64,000 bases of DNA from an uncultured Thermoleophilia bacterium (GCA_963784975.1 CAWAUK010000044.1:33523-97522), one strand, 5' to 3'; positions 9,872 through 21,570 are shown, numbered from the stretch's first letter. Notes: a model not told the origin generated them from the letters alone. Numbers and translations are program-made.

Positions 9872-10252
9872 ATGACCGAGCAGGAGTTGCCACAGCGCGT
9901 CCGCGTCATCGAATCGCACGTCACCAGCGACCCCAACCCGGTGCGCTTCCGGACCGGCGACACCGTAGGCGTGGGGCACCACGACCAGGTCTGGAAGGAC
10001 TACGTGTGGGGGACCGACCAGGCGGGGCGTTCGGGCTGGGTGCCGGACGTCTATCTGGAGATCGGCCCCGACTGCCACCAGGCGACGGCGCTGTGCGACT
10101 ACGACTCGACCGAGCTCACGGTGGGCCGCAAGGAGATCCTCGAGGTGCTGGACGAGGTCGGCGGCTGGTACCTGTGCCGCACGGAATCCGGCGTGTCCGG
10201 CTGGGTGCCGGGCACGTCGGTCGAGCCGGTGCCGGCCGTCACGCAGGGCTGA
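9872..10252 (+). CDS. tandem SH3-domain protein, paralog 2
   Basis: GWVPDVYL; ALCDYDSTELTV...GWYLC...GWVP; GGAGG RBS. Confidence 0.78.
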   Translation: MTEQELPQRVRVIESHVTSDPNPVRFRTGDTVGVGHHDQVWKDYVWGTDQAGRSGWVPDVYLEIGPDCHQATALCDYDSTELTVGRKEILEVLDEVGGWYLCRTESGVSGWVPGTSVEPVPAVTQG

Positions 10253-10295
10253 GGGCGAGCCCGGCGGCCGCAGGCCGCGCCGCCCGCCCCGCACC

Positions 10296-10952
10296 TCATT
10301 CCGCAGCCGTGTAGCTCACCGAGCCGGCCACGCGGCAGAACCTCACCTCCGTGAAGTGCGCGGGGTACCAGCGGTCCAGCGTCTCGCGCCGGTACGCGGT
10401 GGTGTGGCTGTCGTAGACCCACTCACCGCCCCGCCTGCCAGCGCAGATGATCACGTGCTGCCACTCCAGCTCGCCGTCCACCACATTGCCCAGGTACACG
10501 ATGTCGCCGGCGGCCCAGCCGCGCGGCAGCGACCGTATGGCACGCACGAAGTAGCGCGAGTGGCCGGCGGCACGCGCCGATAGCGCGCGCAGTTGCGCGC
10601 CGCAGTTCACCCATGCGACGGTCGGGAACTCGGTGCCGTTGGAGCGCCACTCGCGGCCGGCGTCGTAGGTCTGCCGCAGTCCCCCGGCCGCGAGACACTG
10701 CGAGACGAAGTTGGCACAGTCGTTGTCCGGCGACGACCAGTACTCCGGGTTCACGCGCAGCGCCCAGGTATCCGCATATGCAGCCGCGGCGCTGCGGTCG
10801 TAGGTCACCCTGACGCGTTCGCGCCCTCCGCCCTGCGCGGTGACGACGACGATCGCCGCCAGAGCGACCGCGACGAGGACCGCGAGGGCCGACCGGCGCC
10901 GCCGCACGGCCCGAGAACGATAGATGCGGCGGCGCCTGTGGTCACGATGCAT
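10296..10952 (-). CDS. putative amidase domain protein (Amidase_6-like), membrane-anchored
   Basis: YDRSAAAAYA...NPEY...DCANFVSQCLAAGG, WQHVII, SHT; N-terminal TM helix. Confidence 0.75.
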   Translation of the reverse strand: MHRDHRRRRIYRSRAVRRRRSALAVLVAVALAAIVVVTAQGGGRERVRVTYDRSAAAAYADTWALRVNPEYWSSPDNDCANFVSQCLAAGGLRQTYDAGREWRSNGTEFPTVAWVNCGAQLRALSARAAGHSRYFVRAIRSLPRGWAAGDIVYLGNVVDGELEWQHVIICAGRRGGEWVYDSHTTAYRRETLDRWYPAHFTEVRFCRVAGSVSYTAAE

Positions 10953-12732
10953 CGTCCTTGGGCGCGACCGTGGTCGCGGCCGTCTCGGTGGCAGTGGGCG
11001 CAACCGGCTCAACGGCCGCGGCGGCAGGCGCCTCTCCGGGCGGGAGCGCGACCATGAACGCCGTGCCGACGCCGACTGCGCTGGACACGCTCACCGTGCC
11101 GCCCATCGCTTCGGTGAGGTCCTTGACGATGGCCAACCCGAGGCCCGTACCGACCGGCCGGTCAGTGCCGTATCGGCTGTAGAGGTAGAAGCGCTCGAAC
11201 GCGCGCGGCAGGTCATCGCTCGTCAGGCCGCGCCCGGTGTCCGAGACCGTGATACTCCCCGGCGCCGTGGTGATCGTCACTGTGCCGGGCGCCGGTGTGC
11301 AGCGGATCGCGTTCTCGACCAGGTTGCTCACCACCTGGAGCACGCGGTCGTGGTCGCCGACCGCGCCGCCGCCCGCCTCCGTGTTCATGAGCAACGTGAG
11401 CCCGGAGTCGCGCGCCGTGGCCTCGCAGCGGCGCGCGACGTCCTCGGCCACGGCCGCGAGGTCCACCGCCTCGCGGTGCACGGTGAAGGCGCTCTTTCGC
11501 ATGCGCCCAGACTCGAGCAGGTCGCCTACCAGGCGCTCGAGGCGGCTCGACTCGACGCCTATCACATCGGCGCCTTCCACCGGCTCCACGGTCCCGTCGC
11601 CGACGCCCTCGGCGTAGCCGCGAATGGACGTGAGCGGCGTCTTGAGCTCGTGGCTGACCGAGAGGAGGAACGCCTGCTCGGTCTCCTGGGCTTTGGCCAG
11701 CTTGGCGTTCATGTCGTTGAACGAGACGGCCAGCTCGCGCAGCTCGCGCGGCCCTTCCGGCGTGACGGTGACGCCGGCTTCGCCTTCGGCGAGCCGGCCG
11801 CTCGCCGCCGCCAGTCGCCGTACGGGGCGCACGACGCCGCGGGAGAGGAGCCATGCACCTATGAGTCCGAGGGCGATGATCAGCGCCAGGCCGAGCGCGC
11901 CGATGCGCACCAGCCGCGTGACCGGCGCGTAGGGCTCGAACGTCTGCAGATCACCCCAGTAGTCGGTGTAGTAGTAGGCCGACCGCGGCCCCGTGCGCCA
12001 GGCGACGATCGCCGTGTACTTGCCTGGGCGGGACGGCCCCTTCCAGGTCCCGATCGCGTACCCCTTCTGCTTCATGCTCCGCGCCGCCCACTCGGGCAAC
12101 ACGCGCGCGCTGGGGTCGGTGAGGGCCGTGAGGTCGCCGATCAGGGCGCCTGCGGCGTGGCCGCGGACGCTGAACGCTTGGACGATCGCCTGGCTCAGCA
12201 TGGCTCGCTCCGCGGGCGTGTAGAGGCCGGGCTCCGCGGAGAGGCTCCCGATCTCGGTGTTCAGCTCCTGGGCCCGGAACGAGGCCTGATCGCTCATGAG
12301 CGTGGAGGCCGTCTCCCAGCTGCGGTAGTAGGCCCAGACGCCGAAGGCGGCGACGCACCCCGAGGGGATGAGCACCGCCACGGCGATGACGACGAACGAC
12401 CGGGTCCTGAGGGAGGTCACGTGGCCCCTCCGCCCGGTGAAGAGCACGACGACGGCCACGGCCACCCCCGCAGCGATCAGGATGCCCGATGCGACGATCA
12501 GAGCCTTCAGGTCGATCCCGTAGCCCAACGGCAGGCCTCGCACGCGAGCCGCAAGGAATGCGCCCACCGCGAGCACGAACAGCAGGCAGGGCAGGATGAT
12601 GAGCGCCGCGACCAGCATGAGCACCCGTCGCGAGCGCGCGGGAGTGCGGCCGGCTTCGCCCCGCCGAGCGGCCGCTTCGCGGGCCAGCGAGGGAGCGCCG
12701 GCCACGCCGCCCGCCGGCGATCCCGCGCTCAC
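10942..12732 (-). CDS. membrane sensor histidine kinase (HAMP-HisKA-HATPase)
   Basis: FLLSVSHELKTPL, NLVENA, DTGRG, GTGLGL; GTG start overlaps the response regulator stop (GTGA). Confidence 0.92.
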   Translation of the reverse strand: MSAGSPAGGVAGAPSLAREAAARRGEAGRTPARSRRVLMLVAALIILPCLLFVLAVGAFLAARVRGLPLGYGIDLKALIVASGILIAAGVAVAVVVLFTGRRGHVTSLRTRSFVVIAVAVLIPSGCVAAFGVWAYYRSWETASTLMSDQASFRAQELNTEIGSLSAEPGLYTPAERAMLSQAIVQAFSVRGHAAGALIGDLTALTDPSARVLPEWAARSMKQKGYAIGTWKGPSRPGKYTAIVAWRTGPRSAYYYTDYWGDLQTFEPYAPVTRLVRIGALGLALIIALGLIGAWLLSRGVVRPVRRLAAASGRLAEGEAGVTVTPEGPRELRELAVSFNDMNAKLAKAQETEQAFLLSVSHELKTPLTSIRGYAEGVGDGTVEPVEGADVIGVESSRLERLVGDLLESGRMRKSAFTVHREAVDLAAVAEDVARRCEATARDSGLTLLMNTEAGGGAVGDHDRVLQVVSNLVENAIRCTPAPGTVTITTAPGSITVSDTGRGLTSDDLPRAFERFYLYSRYGTDRPVGTGLGLAIVKDLTEAMGGTVSVSSAVGVGTAFMVALPPGEAPAAAAVEPVAPTATETAATTVAPKDDAS

Positions 12733-13397
12733 GGCCGCACCAGCTTGTAGCCGACGCCGCGGAGCGTCTCGATGCGCAGCGCGTCCCCTAGCTTGGCGCG
12801 CAGCTGCGCGACGTGCTGGTCGACAGTGCGCGTGCCGCCGGGGAACTCGAGTCCCCAGACCTGCTCCAGCAGCTGCTCCCGCGAGAGCGCCAGACCAGGG
12901 TGGTCCAGGAAGCAGGCGAGCAGGTCGAACTCCTTCATCGTCAGGTCGAGGGCGGCGCCCGAGGAGGTGGCCTCGCGGGCGCCACGCCGCAGTTCGACAC
13001 CGCCGAGCGTGAGCACGGCCTCCGGCGGCCGCGGCTGCGTCCGCCGCAGGACGGCCTTGACGCGCGCGACGAGCTCGCGCGGGCTGAACGGCTTGGGCAC
13101 GTAGTCGTCGGCGCCGAGCTCGAGGCCGAGCACTCTGTCGACCTCTTCGTCGCGCGCCGTGAGCATGATGACCGGCGTCTCGCCGAGGGCGCGGATGCGC
13201 CGGCACACCTCGAACCCGTCGATTCCGGAGAGGCCGACATCCAGGACCACCAGGGCCGGCCGCTGCCGTTCGAGCTCGGTGATCCCGTCCTCGCCGCTGC
13301 GGACCCAGACCACGCCGTAGCCGTCGCGCTCCAGGTACGTCCGCACAAGGTTCCCGATGTTGCGGTCGTCTTCGACGATGAGGATGGTGGCGCCCAT
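12729..13397 (-). CDS. OmpR-family response regulator
   Basis: ILIVEDD, VVLDVGL, LGADDYVPKPF, TRTVDQHVAQLRAKL, ETLRGVGY. Confidence 0.95.
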   Translation of the reverse strand: MGATILIVEDDRNIGNLVRTYLERDGYGVVWVRSGEDGITELERQRPALVVLDVGLSGIDGFEVCRRIRALGETPVIMLTARDEEVDRVLGLELGADDYVPKPFSPRELVARVKAVLRRTQPRPPEAVLTLGGVELRRGAREATSSGAALDLTMKEFDLLACFLDHPGLALSREQLLEQVWGLEFPGGTRTVDQHVAQLRAKLGDALRIETLRGVGYKLVRP

Positions 13398-13548
13398 ACG
13401 CCACCGCATGCTATCAAGCCGTTCCCCGGGACGAGCCGCGACCGTCACCGCTCTCATGAGGACCTCCCTTGCCCGCTGCCTGGAGCCATCCTCCGCGGAC
13501 AGAGTCATGCGCTTACGGCGCGAGCGTCAGGGGAGTGTAAAGCGTGAC

Positions 13549-15292
13549 CTACTTGACGCTGATGGTCACGTGCCCGGAGGCGACGGGGCCCTGGAACTGG
13601 CCGGCGCCGGCGAAGCGCAGCTCGTAGGCGCGCCGCCGCGCCGGCCGGACCGTCCCGGTCCACACGCCGTTCTCGCCGGTCGTGAGCGTCGCCATCACCT
13701 TGCCGTCGGCGAGCCGGACCAGCTGGAGCGGCGTGAGCCGGGCGACGGGCAGGCCGGCGCTCGTGCTGCGCGCGTAGAGTCGCGCCGCGGAGCCGGCCAC
13801 CACCGAGGACGTCTTCTTTGTGAAGGCAGCGTCAGTCGCGAGCTCCAGAGTGACCGGCGTTGGGCCGGCCCACAGGTTCCTGGTCCGGGCGGCGGTCTCG
13901 CCGGTCGTCGCCTCGAGCTCGAGCGTGTGACGCCCCGGCGTGAGGGACTCGGTCGTCAGGGTCCAGCCTTCGGAGGGCTCGTCGAACAGGCCGTCGGTCG
14001 CCGTCAACGGCTGCCAGGCGCCGCCGTCCACGCGATACCGAGCGTCGTGCGGCACCTTGATGCTCAGGTCGTGGCGGAAGTAGACGCCCGAGCTGATGCG
14101 GCCGCGGCGGCGCGGCCGCTCGGCCACGGTGCCCCGCAGGGTCACCGCGCCGCTCGCGGCCGTCGACTCCAGCCGGGTCGAGAAGCCCGGTCGCGTGTCC
14201 ACCACGTCGGGCCGCGAATCGCCGTCGCTGTCGCGTAGCCCGGTCTGGCCGATCGTCGACGGGCAGACGGCGCCGGCGGCGAACGCGCCCAGCGTCCCGT
14301 TCGATCCCCGCATGATGCAAGGAAGGTCGGTCGTGCCCCCTCTGACGGCGTTCCTGTTGCGCACGCCCAGGTAGCCCGAGGTCAGGTCTCCCGTGCTGGG
14401 GTAGCCGGGCGACGGCGGAGAGTACTCGTCCAGTGCCCCGAACACGTGGCCCATCTCGTGGGCGATCACGGCGTCGAAGTGCTCGAAGCCGTAGCCGTCG
14501 TTGTCGTAGGTGAGCGTGCAGTACGGACCGAAGAGGTCGGCCGTGTAGGCGACCACCTTGTTGCGGAACATGCCGTCCGCGTCACGCAGACTGTCGACCA
14601 CGTAGACGACGAACGCCCAGTCCGCGTCATTGAGGCGGCGCACCTTGTCGGCGAACAGCGTCTCCGGGTACGGGCGGTCGTCGACGATGTCGTGCGGGAA
14701 CCCGAGCCTGTTCATGGCTTGCCAGCGCCAGGCGGCGTCGGAGAGCACGTCGTGACCGGCCCAGCCGTACTTGACGCTCATCCTGATCGGCTCGTTGCCG
14801 ACCGTGACGGTCTGCGGCGCGCCGTAGGAGCCCGCCGCAGGCAGGAAGAGCTCGAGCGAGCCGTCCGGGAGACTGCGCGTCCCACCAGTCGAGCGCGTTC
14901 TGGATCTTGTCCAGGACCATCTGCCGGCGGTCCTGGCCCAGGTAGCTGGGATCCTGGCGCGTCCAGTCCTCCGAGCTCGTCATCTTGCCACCGTCGCTCT
15001 CGAGGAAGACGACGGCGACGGCGACGCGGCCGGCGGCGAAGGCAGCCGTCTCGCGCGCACCGGGGAAGGCGCCCAAGCCGACGGGAAGGCCGGCCGCTGC
15101 GGCGCCGGCCCCGCGCCCCATGAGGTCCTCGAGCACTGGAGGCGCCGGCTGCACGGGTCCGGCGGCAGGCAGCGCGAAGCTGCCGGCCGCGCGTGCGGCC
15201 GCCGGCAGCCACGCGCTCGCGCCCAGCAGCGCACACGCGAGCGCGACCAGGACTGCGGACGCTGCGACGATGTCGTGACGGCCCCGTGTCAT
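13549..15292 (-). CDS. secreted zinc metalloprotease with Ig-like C-terminal domains, frameshifted near 14860
   Basis: Signal peptide in ORF 14627-15292; HEMGHVFGALDEY (HExxHxxGxxD) and CIM Met-turn in ORF 13549-14781. Confidence 0.7.
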
Positions 15293-15399
15293 GCGCCCGA
15301 TTGTCGCACGGGGCCTGTACGGCGGTCGACTCAGTCCGATCGGCCGCGGGGCCGGCGACGCTCCGCGGGACCGTAGACCCAGCGCCGCGTCCCGCCGGG

Positions 15400-15877
15400 C
15401 TACTTCACCCCCATCTGCTCCAGGAGACCCAGCTGGTCGTAGTACGTGTGGTACGAGCGGATCTTCCCGTCAGCGACACGCGACACGTCGGCGAAGCGCA
15501 GGTCGATGCTCGCGCCTGTGGGTGCGATATCGCCGTCCGGGCTCTCCAATGGGCCGGTGTGCGTGCCCACGAACCGGCCCTCCACGATCACCATCTCGCC
15601 GGCCTCATGGACCTGTTCGATGAGGGCGCGTGCGTCGGGCACCGCCCGCTTGAGCCCGCGCAAGTACTCCCGGAAGGGCGCCGAATCCATGGACCGTTCC
15701 CATCCCCGGATCGGTCGTCTCCAGGTCTCTGGAGAAGACCGACAGCGCGCGCTCGAGGTCGCCCAGATCGAACTCCTCGTAGAACCGCAGCACGATCTCC
15801 CGCGGGCCGGTACCGATCTCGTGCAGCGTCTGCGGCCGGTTCGCGGCCGTGTGCTCTGTGGTTCTGTTGACTGCCAT
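15400..15877 (-). CDS. ester cyclase / SnoaL-like protein, frameshifted near 15690
   Basis: REIVLRFYEEFDLGDL... then GTHTGPL...PTGASI...DGKIRSYHTYYDQLGLLEQMG; AGGAG RBS. Confidence 0.75.
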
Positions 15878-16127
15878 CTTGCCGCTCCTGAGCGCGGCGG
15901 ACGTCTCTGCACGCCCGTCCGGCACCTTCGATCTCGTGACGGGCCGCGCCCGTCCTGACACTTCGGGCTTTCCCCGGTGTGGCCGCGCCATTCCGTTCGG
16001 CAGCACTCGCGCAATGACTTCGCCTCCCGCGCGCACGAACGTGCGCGCGCGATGGCCATCTGGTAACCTTCCGGCTTCGTGAACGAGCTTCCCCACACTC
16101 CCAACCCCCGGACCCTGGACGCCTGAC

Positions 16128-17081
16128 ATGCCGCAGCTGCGCATCGTCGTCCTCGTCAAGCAGGTCCCGGACACGGCCAACGTGACCGGCGAGGCCATGA
16201 AAGAGGACGGCACCATCAACCGGTCGGCGCTGCCGGCCGTGTTCAACCCCGAAGACCTCAACGCGCTCGAAGAGGCGCTCAAGCTCAAGGACCGCCACGA
16301 CGCCCGCGTGACCGTGGTGACCATGGGCCCGCCGGCCGCCGTGCAGGTGCTGCGCGAGTCGCTCTACCGCGGCGCCGACGAGGTCATCCTGCTCACCGAC
16401 AAGGCGTTCGCCGGCGCCGACACGCTCGCGACCAGCTACGCCCTCTCGCTCGCCGTCGAGAAGCTCGGCGGCGCCGACCTCGTGCTCTGCGGCCGCCAGG
16501 CGATCGACGGCGACACGGCGCAGGTCGGTCCGCAGACGGCCGAGAAGCTTGGCTACCCGCAGATCACCTGCGTGAGCCGGATCGACGAGCTGACGTCGGC
16601 GGCGGCAGGCGGCGAAGCCGGCTCCGGCGACGGCGCCGCAACAGGCTCCATCACCGCCACGCGCAGCATCGAGGGCGGGTTCGAGACGCTCACCAGCACG
16701 CTGCCGTGTCTGCTCACCATCACCGGCGAGGCCAACGACCCGCGTCCGCCGAGCGTCAAGCTCGTCATGACCTACAAGGGCATCGCCGCCGAGGCCCTGC
16801 CCGAGTACGACGACAGCTACCTGAACCCCGAGAGCGACGAGGCCGAGGTGTGCATGATCGGGCGCGACGGCAAGCCCGTGTGTCGCGCCCGCGTCGTCCA
16901 GTGGGACCACGAGGCGCTGGCCGCCGACCGCGAGGCGCTCGGCCTGCGCGGCTCGCCGACGCGCGTCAAGGAGATCGAGAGCGTCGTCCTCGCCCAGAGC
17001 GCGGCGCGCATGGTCGAGCCCGACGAGGCCGGCATCGCCGAACTCGTGCACGAGCTGATCGAGGAGCACATCCTTGGATAG
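16128..17081 (+). CDS. etfB: electron transfer flavoprotein beta subunit
   Basis: VKQVPDT, NPEDLNALE, GADTLATS, QAIDGDTAQVGP. Confidence 0.93.
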   Translation: MPQLRIVVLVKQVPDTANVTGEAMKEDGTINRSALPAVFNPEDLNALEEALKLKDRHDARVTVVTMGPPAAVQVLRESLYRGADEVILLTDKAFAGADTLATSYALSLAVEKLGGADLVLCGRQAIDGDTAQVGPQTAEKLGYPQITCVSRIDELTSAAAGGEAGSGDGAATGSITATRSIEGGFETLTSTLPCLLTITGEANDPRPPSVKLVMTYKGIAAEALPEYDDSYLNPESDEAEVCMIGRDGKPVCRARVVQWDHEALAADREALGLRGSPTRVKEIESVVLAQSAARMVEPDEAGIAELVHELIEEHILG

Positions 17082-18192
17082 GGCAGCCGATCCCAACGAC
17101 GTCTGGGTCGTCGTCGAGCAGCACGACGGCGTGGCGGCCGAGGTCAGTCTCGAACTGCTCGGCCGCGCCCGCGAGCTCGCCGACCAGCTCGGCGTGCAGG
17201 TCGGCGCCGTGCTCATCGGGGCCGGCGACGTCCTCAAGCACGTCGCGACGGCGCTCGTCGCCCGCGGCGCCGACACCGTCTACTTCGTCGCCCACAGCGA
17301 CCTCGCGCAGTACCTGGCCCTGCCGTACACGCGGATCGTCACCACCCTGATCCGCGAGCATGAACCGCAGATCGTCCTCTACGGCGCCACCACCACCGGC
17401 CGCGACCTCGCGCCGCGCGTGGCCAGCGCCCTGCGCACCGGCCTCACCGCCGACTGCACCGACCTGCGCATCGGCGACCACTCGCTCAAGGGCGAGGACT
17501 ACAAGGATCTGCTCTACCAGATCCGGCCGGCGTTCGGCGGCAACATCATCGCCACCATCATCAGCCCGCTGCACCGGCCGCAGATGGCCACCGTCCGCGA
17601 GGGCGTCATGGTCATGCCGGAGGAGGACCGGCGGCGCGACGGGCGCATCATCGCCGTGCCGGTCACCCGCACTCCCGAACCGATGGAGGTGCGGGCGGGC
17701 GTGGCGCTCAGCGACGCCGACTTCATCGTCAAGCTGGTGAAGCGCGTGCGGGAGGAGAAACGCGTCGACCTCAAGGGCGCGCGCATCGTCGTCTCCGGCG
17801 GCGTCGGCGTCGGCTCGCGGGAGGGCTTCGCGCTGGTCGAGGAGCTGGCCCGCACGGTCGGCGGCGTCGTCGGCGCCAGCCGCGCCGCCGTGGATGCGGG
17901 CTGGATCGCGCACGACCACCAGGTCGGCCAGACCGGCACCACCGTGCGCCCCAAGCTCTACGTCGCCTGCGGCATCAGCGGCTCCGTGCAGCACCGCGCC
18001 GGCATGGACCAGAGCGCGCGCATCCTCGCCATCAACAGCGACCCGCTGGCGCCGATCTTCAGCGTCGCCCACTACGGCGTGGTCGGCGACCTGCACAAGG
18101 TCATCCCGCTGCTGATCCAGGCGTACAAGACGAAGGGCGCGGGCGGCGCAGCCGCTCCCGCGACCCTCGCGGCCGATGGAGGAGCGTCGTGA
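17074..18192 (+). CDS. etfA: electron transfer flavoprotein alpha subunit
   Basis: GLTADCT, RPAFGG, QVGQTGTTVRPKLYVACGISGSVQH. Confidence 0.95.
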   Translation: MDRAADPNDVWVVVEQHDGVAAEVSLELLGRARELADQLGVQVGAVLIGAGDVLKHVATALVARGADTVYFVAHSDLAQYLALPYTRIVTTLIREHEPQIVLYGATTTGRDLAPRVASALRTGLTADCTDLRIGDHSLKGEDYKDLLYQIRPAFGGNIIATIISPLHRPQMATVREGVMVMPEEDRRRDGRIIAVPVTRTPEPMEVRAGVALSDADFIVKLVKRVREEKRVDLKGARIVVSGGVGVGSREGFALVEELARTVGGVVGASRAAVDAGWIAHDHQVGQTGTTVRPKLYVACGISGSVQHRAGMDQSARILAINSDPLAPIFSVAHYGVVGDLHKVIPLLIQAYKTKGAGGAAAPATLAADGGAS

Positions 18193-19944
18193 GCAACTTC
18201 TACAGCGACAACCGGGACCTCCAGCAGACCCTGCGCAGCCTCGACCTCGCGCGCGTGGTGCGCCTGCGCGAGGACGACTACGCGCAGGCCCGCGACTTCG
18301 CCTACGCGCCCAGCGATTTCGAGGACGCCGTCGACTCCTATGCGCGCACGCTCGAGATCGTCGGCGACCTCGCCGGCGAGTACATCGAGCCCCGCGCGGA
18401 GGACGTCGACCGCGCCGGCAGCGAGCTCGTCCAGGGCGAGGTCTGCTACGCCCCCGGCATCGCCGAGGGCCTCGAGCGCCTCAAGCAGGCCGACCTCATG
18501 GGCATCACGCTGCCGCGCAAGTACGGCGGCCTCAACTTCCCCGTCTCCGTCAGCGTGATGATCGTCGAGATGGTCAGCCGCGCCGACCCCGCGCTCATGA
18601 ACATCTTCGGGCTCCAGGACATCAGCGAGACCGTGAACAAGTTCGCCGACGACGAGATGAAGGCGGCCTACCTGCCGCGCTTCGCCAGCGGCGAGGTCAC
18701 CGGCAGCATGGCGCTCACCGAGCCCGAGGCCGGCAGCGACCTCCAGAACGTCCAGCTCAAGGCGACGGAACAGCCCGACGGCACCTGGCTCCTCAACGGC
18801 GTCAAGCGCTTCATCACCAACGGCTGCGGCCAGATCAGCCTCGTCCTGGCGCGCTCGGAAGAAGGCACGACCGACGCCCGCGGGCTCAGCATGTTCCTCT
18901 ACGAGCGCGACGAGCACATGCGCATCCGCCGCCTCGAGGACAAGCTCGGCATCCACGGCTCGCCGACGTGCGAGCTGCAGTTCGACGACGCGCCGGCGCT
19001 GCTCGTCGGCGAGCGCCGGCGCGGCCTCACCACCTACGTCATGAGCCTCATGAACGGCGCCCGTCTCGCCATCGCGGCGCAGGCGCAGGGCATCGCCGAG
19101 GCGGCGTACCGGGCGGCGGCCAAGTACGCCGCCGAGCGCATCCAGTTCGGCGCGCCCATCGGCGAGCTCACGGCCGTCAAGGGACTGCTCGCCGACATGC
19201 GGGTGAACGTCGAGGCGGCGCGGGCTCTGCTCTACGAGACCGCGCTCATCGTCGACACCAAAGAGGTGCTCGAGCACCGCATCGCGCAGCTGCTGGCGGC
19301 CGAGAAGGCCGGCGACGCTCCGCCGGCCGGCCCCGACACCGACGTCAAGGCGCTGCGCGGCGAGCTCAAGACCTACACGCGGCTCGCCGCCCTCTACACG
19401 CCGCTCGCCAAGGCCTGCTGCACGGAGATGGCCAACCAGGTCGCCTACGACTCGCTGCAGGTGCACGGCGGCTCCGGCTACATGCGCGACTTCGCCGTCG
19501 AGCGGTACGCCCGCGACGCGCGGATCACCAACATCTACGAGGGCACGACGCAGCTGCAGGTCGTGGCCGCCATCGGCGGCATCCTCGGCGGGCACGCTGG
19601 CCGGGCGTCTGGACGAGTACGACGGCGAGGACTTCACGGCCACGCCGGAGCTGCTGGCGCGCGTGCGCCGCGCCCGCGCGCGCCTGGCGGAGGCGGTCGC
19701 TCGCGTGCGCGAGCTCGACGATGTGCGCTACCGCGACTTCCACGCCCGCCGCCTGACCGAGATGGCGATCGACGTGAACTGCGCCTACCTGCTGCTGCGG
19801 GCGGCGCAGACCGACGCGCGCCGCCTGCTCGCGGCGGAGTACTTCGTCGCCGCCGCTTCGGCGCGCGTCGAGGGCGCCGCCGCCCAGGTCCTGGGCGGCG
19901 ACCCGGCGATGCTGGACGCGCTCACCACGCTCGCGTCCGGCTGA
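18189..19944 (+). CDS. acyl-CoA dehydrogenase, frameshifted near 19595
   Basis: ALTEPEAGSDL, KLGIHGSPTCE, QVHGGSGYMRDF, IYEGTTQLQ; C-terminal domain continues in the frame ending at 19944. Confidence 0.9.
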
Positions 19945-20069
19945 GACCGGGCTGCCGGCCGCCCCGCCCCGGCCCGGGCGGCCGCGCCTCCGCCGCTCGT
20001 CCGGCGGCGGGCAGAGCTCTTGCGCCCTGCCCGCCGCGGCCCGGTCTTGCGCGCCGGTGGCGGCGCCCG

Positions 20070-21570
20070 CTAGGCCGGCGCGTCCTCTGGCGCGCCACCC
20101 TCTTCGTCCTCTTCTTCCGGCTCGGGCAGCGGCGGCTCGATGCAGTCGCCGCCCGCGGCGCGCGCCGTCCCGAGCCGCTCGTCGGCTTTGCTCGCCAGCT
20201 CGTCCGCGTCCTCGGCGGCGTCGGGGAACCCCGCCACACCCAGGCTCATCGTGAACCGGCCGAGCTCGCCGAAGTCGTCGTGGGAGAGGCGCGTCACGGC
20301 CGCCCGGGCGCGGATCCGCTCGGCGACAAGCCCCGCGGCGTCTGGTCCGGGACCCGTGTTCGGCAGCAGGAGGGCGAACCGGCCGCCGCCGAGCCGGCAG
20401 GCGACGTCCACCCTGTCGCGCAAGCTGGTCTGCAGCAGCCGCGACACGGCGACGAGGACTGCGTCGCGGAACTCCGGCCCGCGCGTGCGGGCCAACTCCT
20501 CCTCGCCGTCGAGCTCGCCGGCGACGAGCGCCAGCGGCTGACGGTAGCGGCGAGCGCGGGCGACCTCGGCGTACAGCCGCTCGTAGAAGTACCAGCGGCT
20601 GTACAGTCCGGTGAGCGTGTCCGTAGCCGACCGGCTCTGCAGCGCCCGGAACGCGCGCGCCCGGTCCAGAGCGGCGGCGGTCTGACCGGCGAGCAGCGAG
20701 GCAAGCTCGACTTCGGACTCGCGGAACTGGCGCGGCAGCGACGCGGTGAGCTCCAGGTACCCGGCCGGGCGCCCAGCGATGGCGAGCGGCAGCACCAGCC
20801 GCGCTCGCCCATCGGCGGTGCGCCCCCGTTCCGGGCGCCCGAGATCGGCCGCCTGCCGCGCCAACGCGTCGGCGCGCCAGACCGCGCCGGTCTCCCCGGC
20901 CGGCGCCACGCGCACGAACGTCCCGTCGTCCTGGCGCAGCACCACCTCGGCGGCGCACTCGACGCCGCCGATGAGCCGCGCCGCCTCCTGACGCACGGCG
21001 ACCACGATCTCCTGAGCCGACAGCGACGCCGAGAGGCCGTGGCCGGTGACCAGCAGCGCGGTCAGCCGCTTCGCCCGCTCGCCCTCCGCCTCGTACAGGC
21101 GCGCGGCGCGCAGCACCGCGGCGGCCAGGCGGGCGAGGGTCGCGAGGTGCACGCGATCGTCGGGCGAGAGCCGCCGCACCGCGCGCGTCTCGGCGAGACT
21201 GAGGACGCCGAGCACCTCCGCGCCGGCAAGGAGCGGCACGTCGATCCTGCTGGTGAAGCCGGCCTGCGTCAGCGCCGCGATGTCGGCCGGAGAAAGGTCG
21301 TCGTCGCGGTGCCGCTCCACGACCTCCGCGGCCAGCACCAGGCGGCGCAGGTCGTGGCTCTGGTCGAGGCCGACCACGGCGCCCACGCAGTCACCGGCCT
21401 GGGGGGCCGGGTCCCGGCACCAGTACGCGCGACACTCCAGCGTGTCCGCGTCGTCGCTGAACGTCCAGAGGTCGACCGACCACAGGTCGAGCGACTCCCC
21501 GACGTCGGCGACCACCGCGTGCAACAGCTCGCCGACGTCTCGCGCCGCCAGAGCGCCCGGCCTCGGGGAG

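Noticed and set aside
10942-13404. 820-aa kinase with long N-terminal extension
   Set aside because: The extension is an off-frame reading of the response regulator; the real start is GTG 12732.
15878-16127. Riboswitch (FMN or c-di-GMP) upstream of etfB
   Set aside because: No conserved riboswitch core recognisable by eye; an Rfam scan would settle it.
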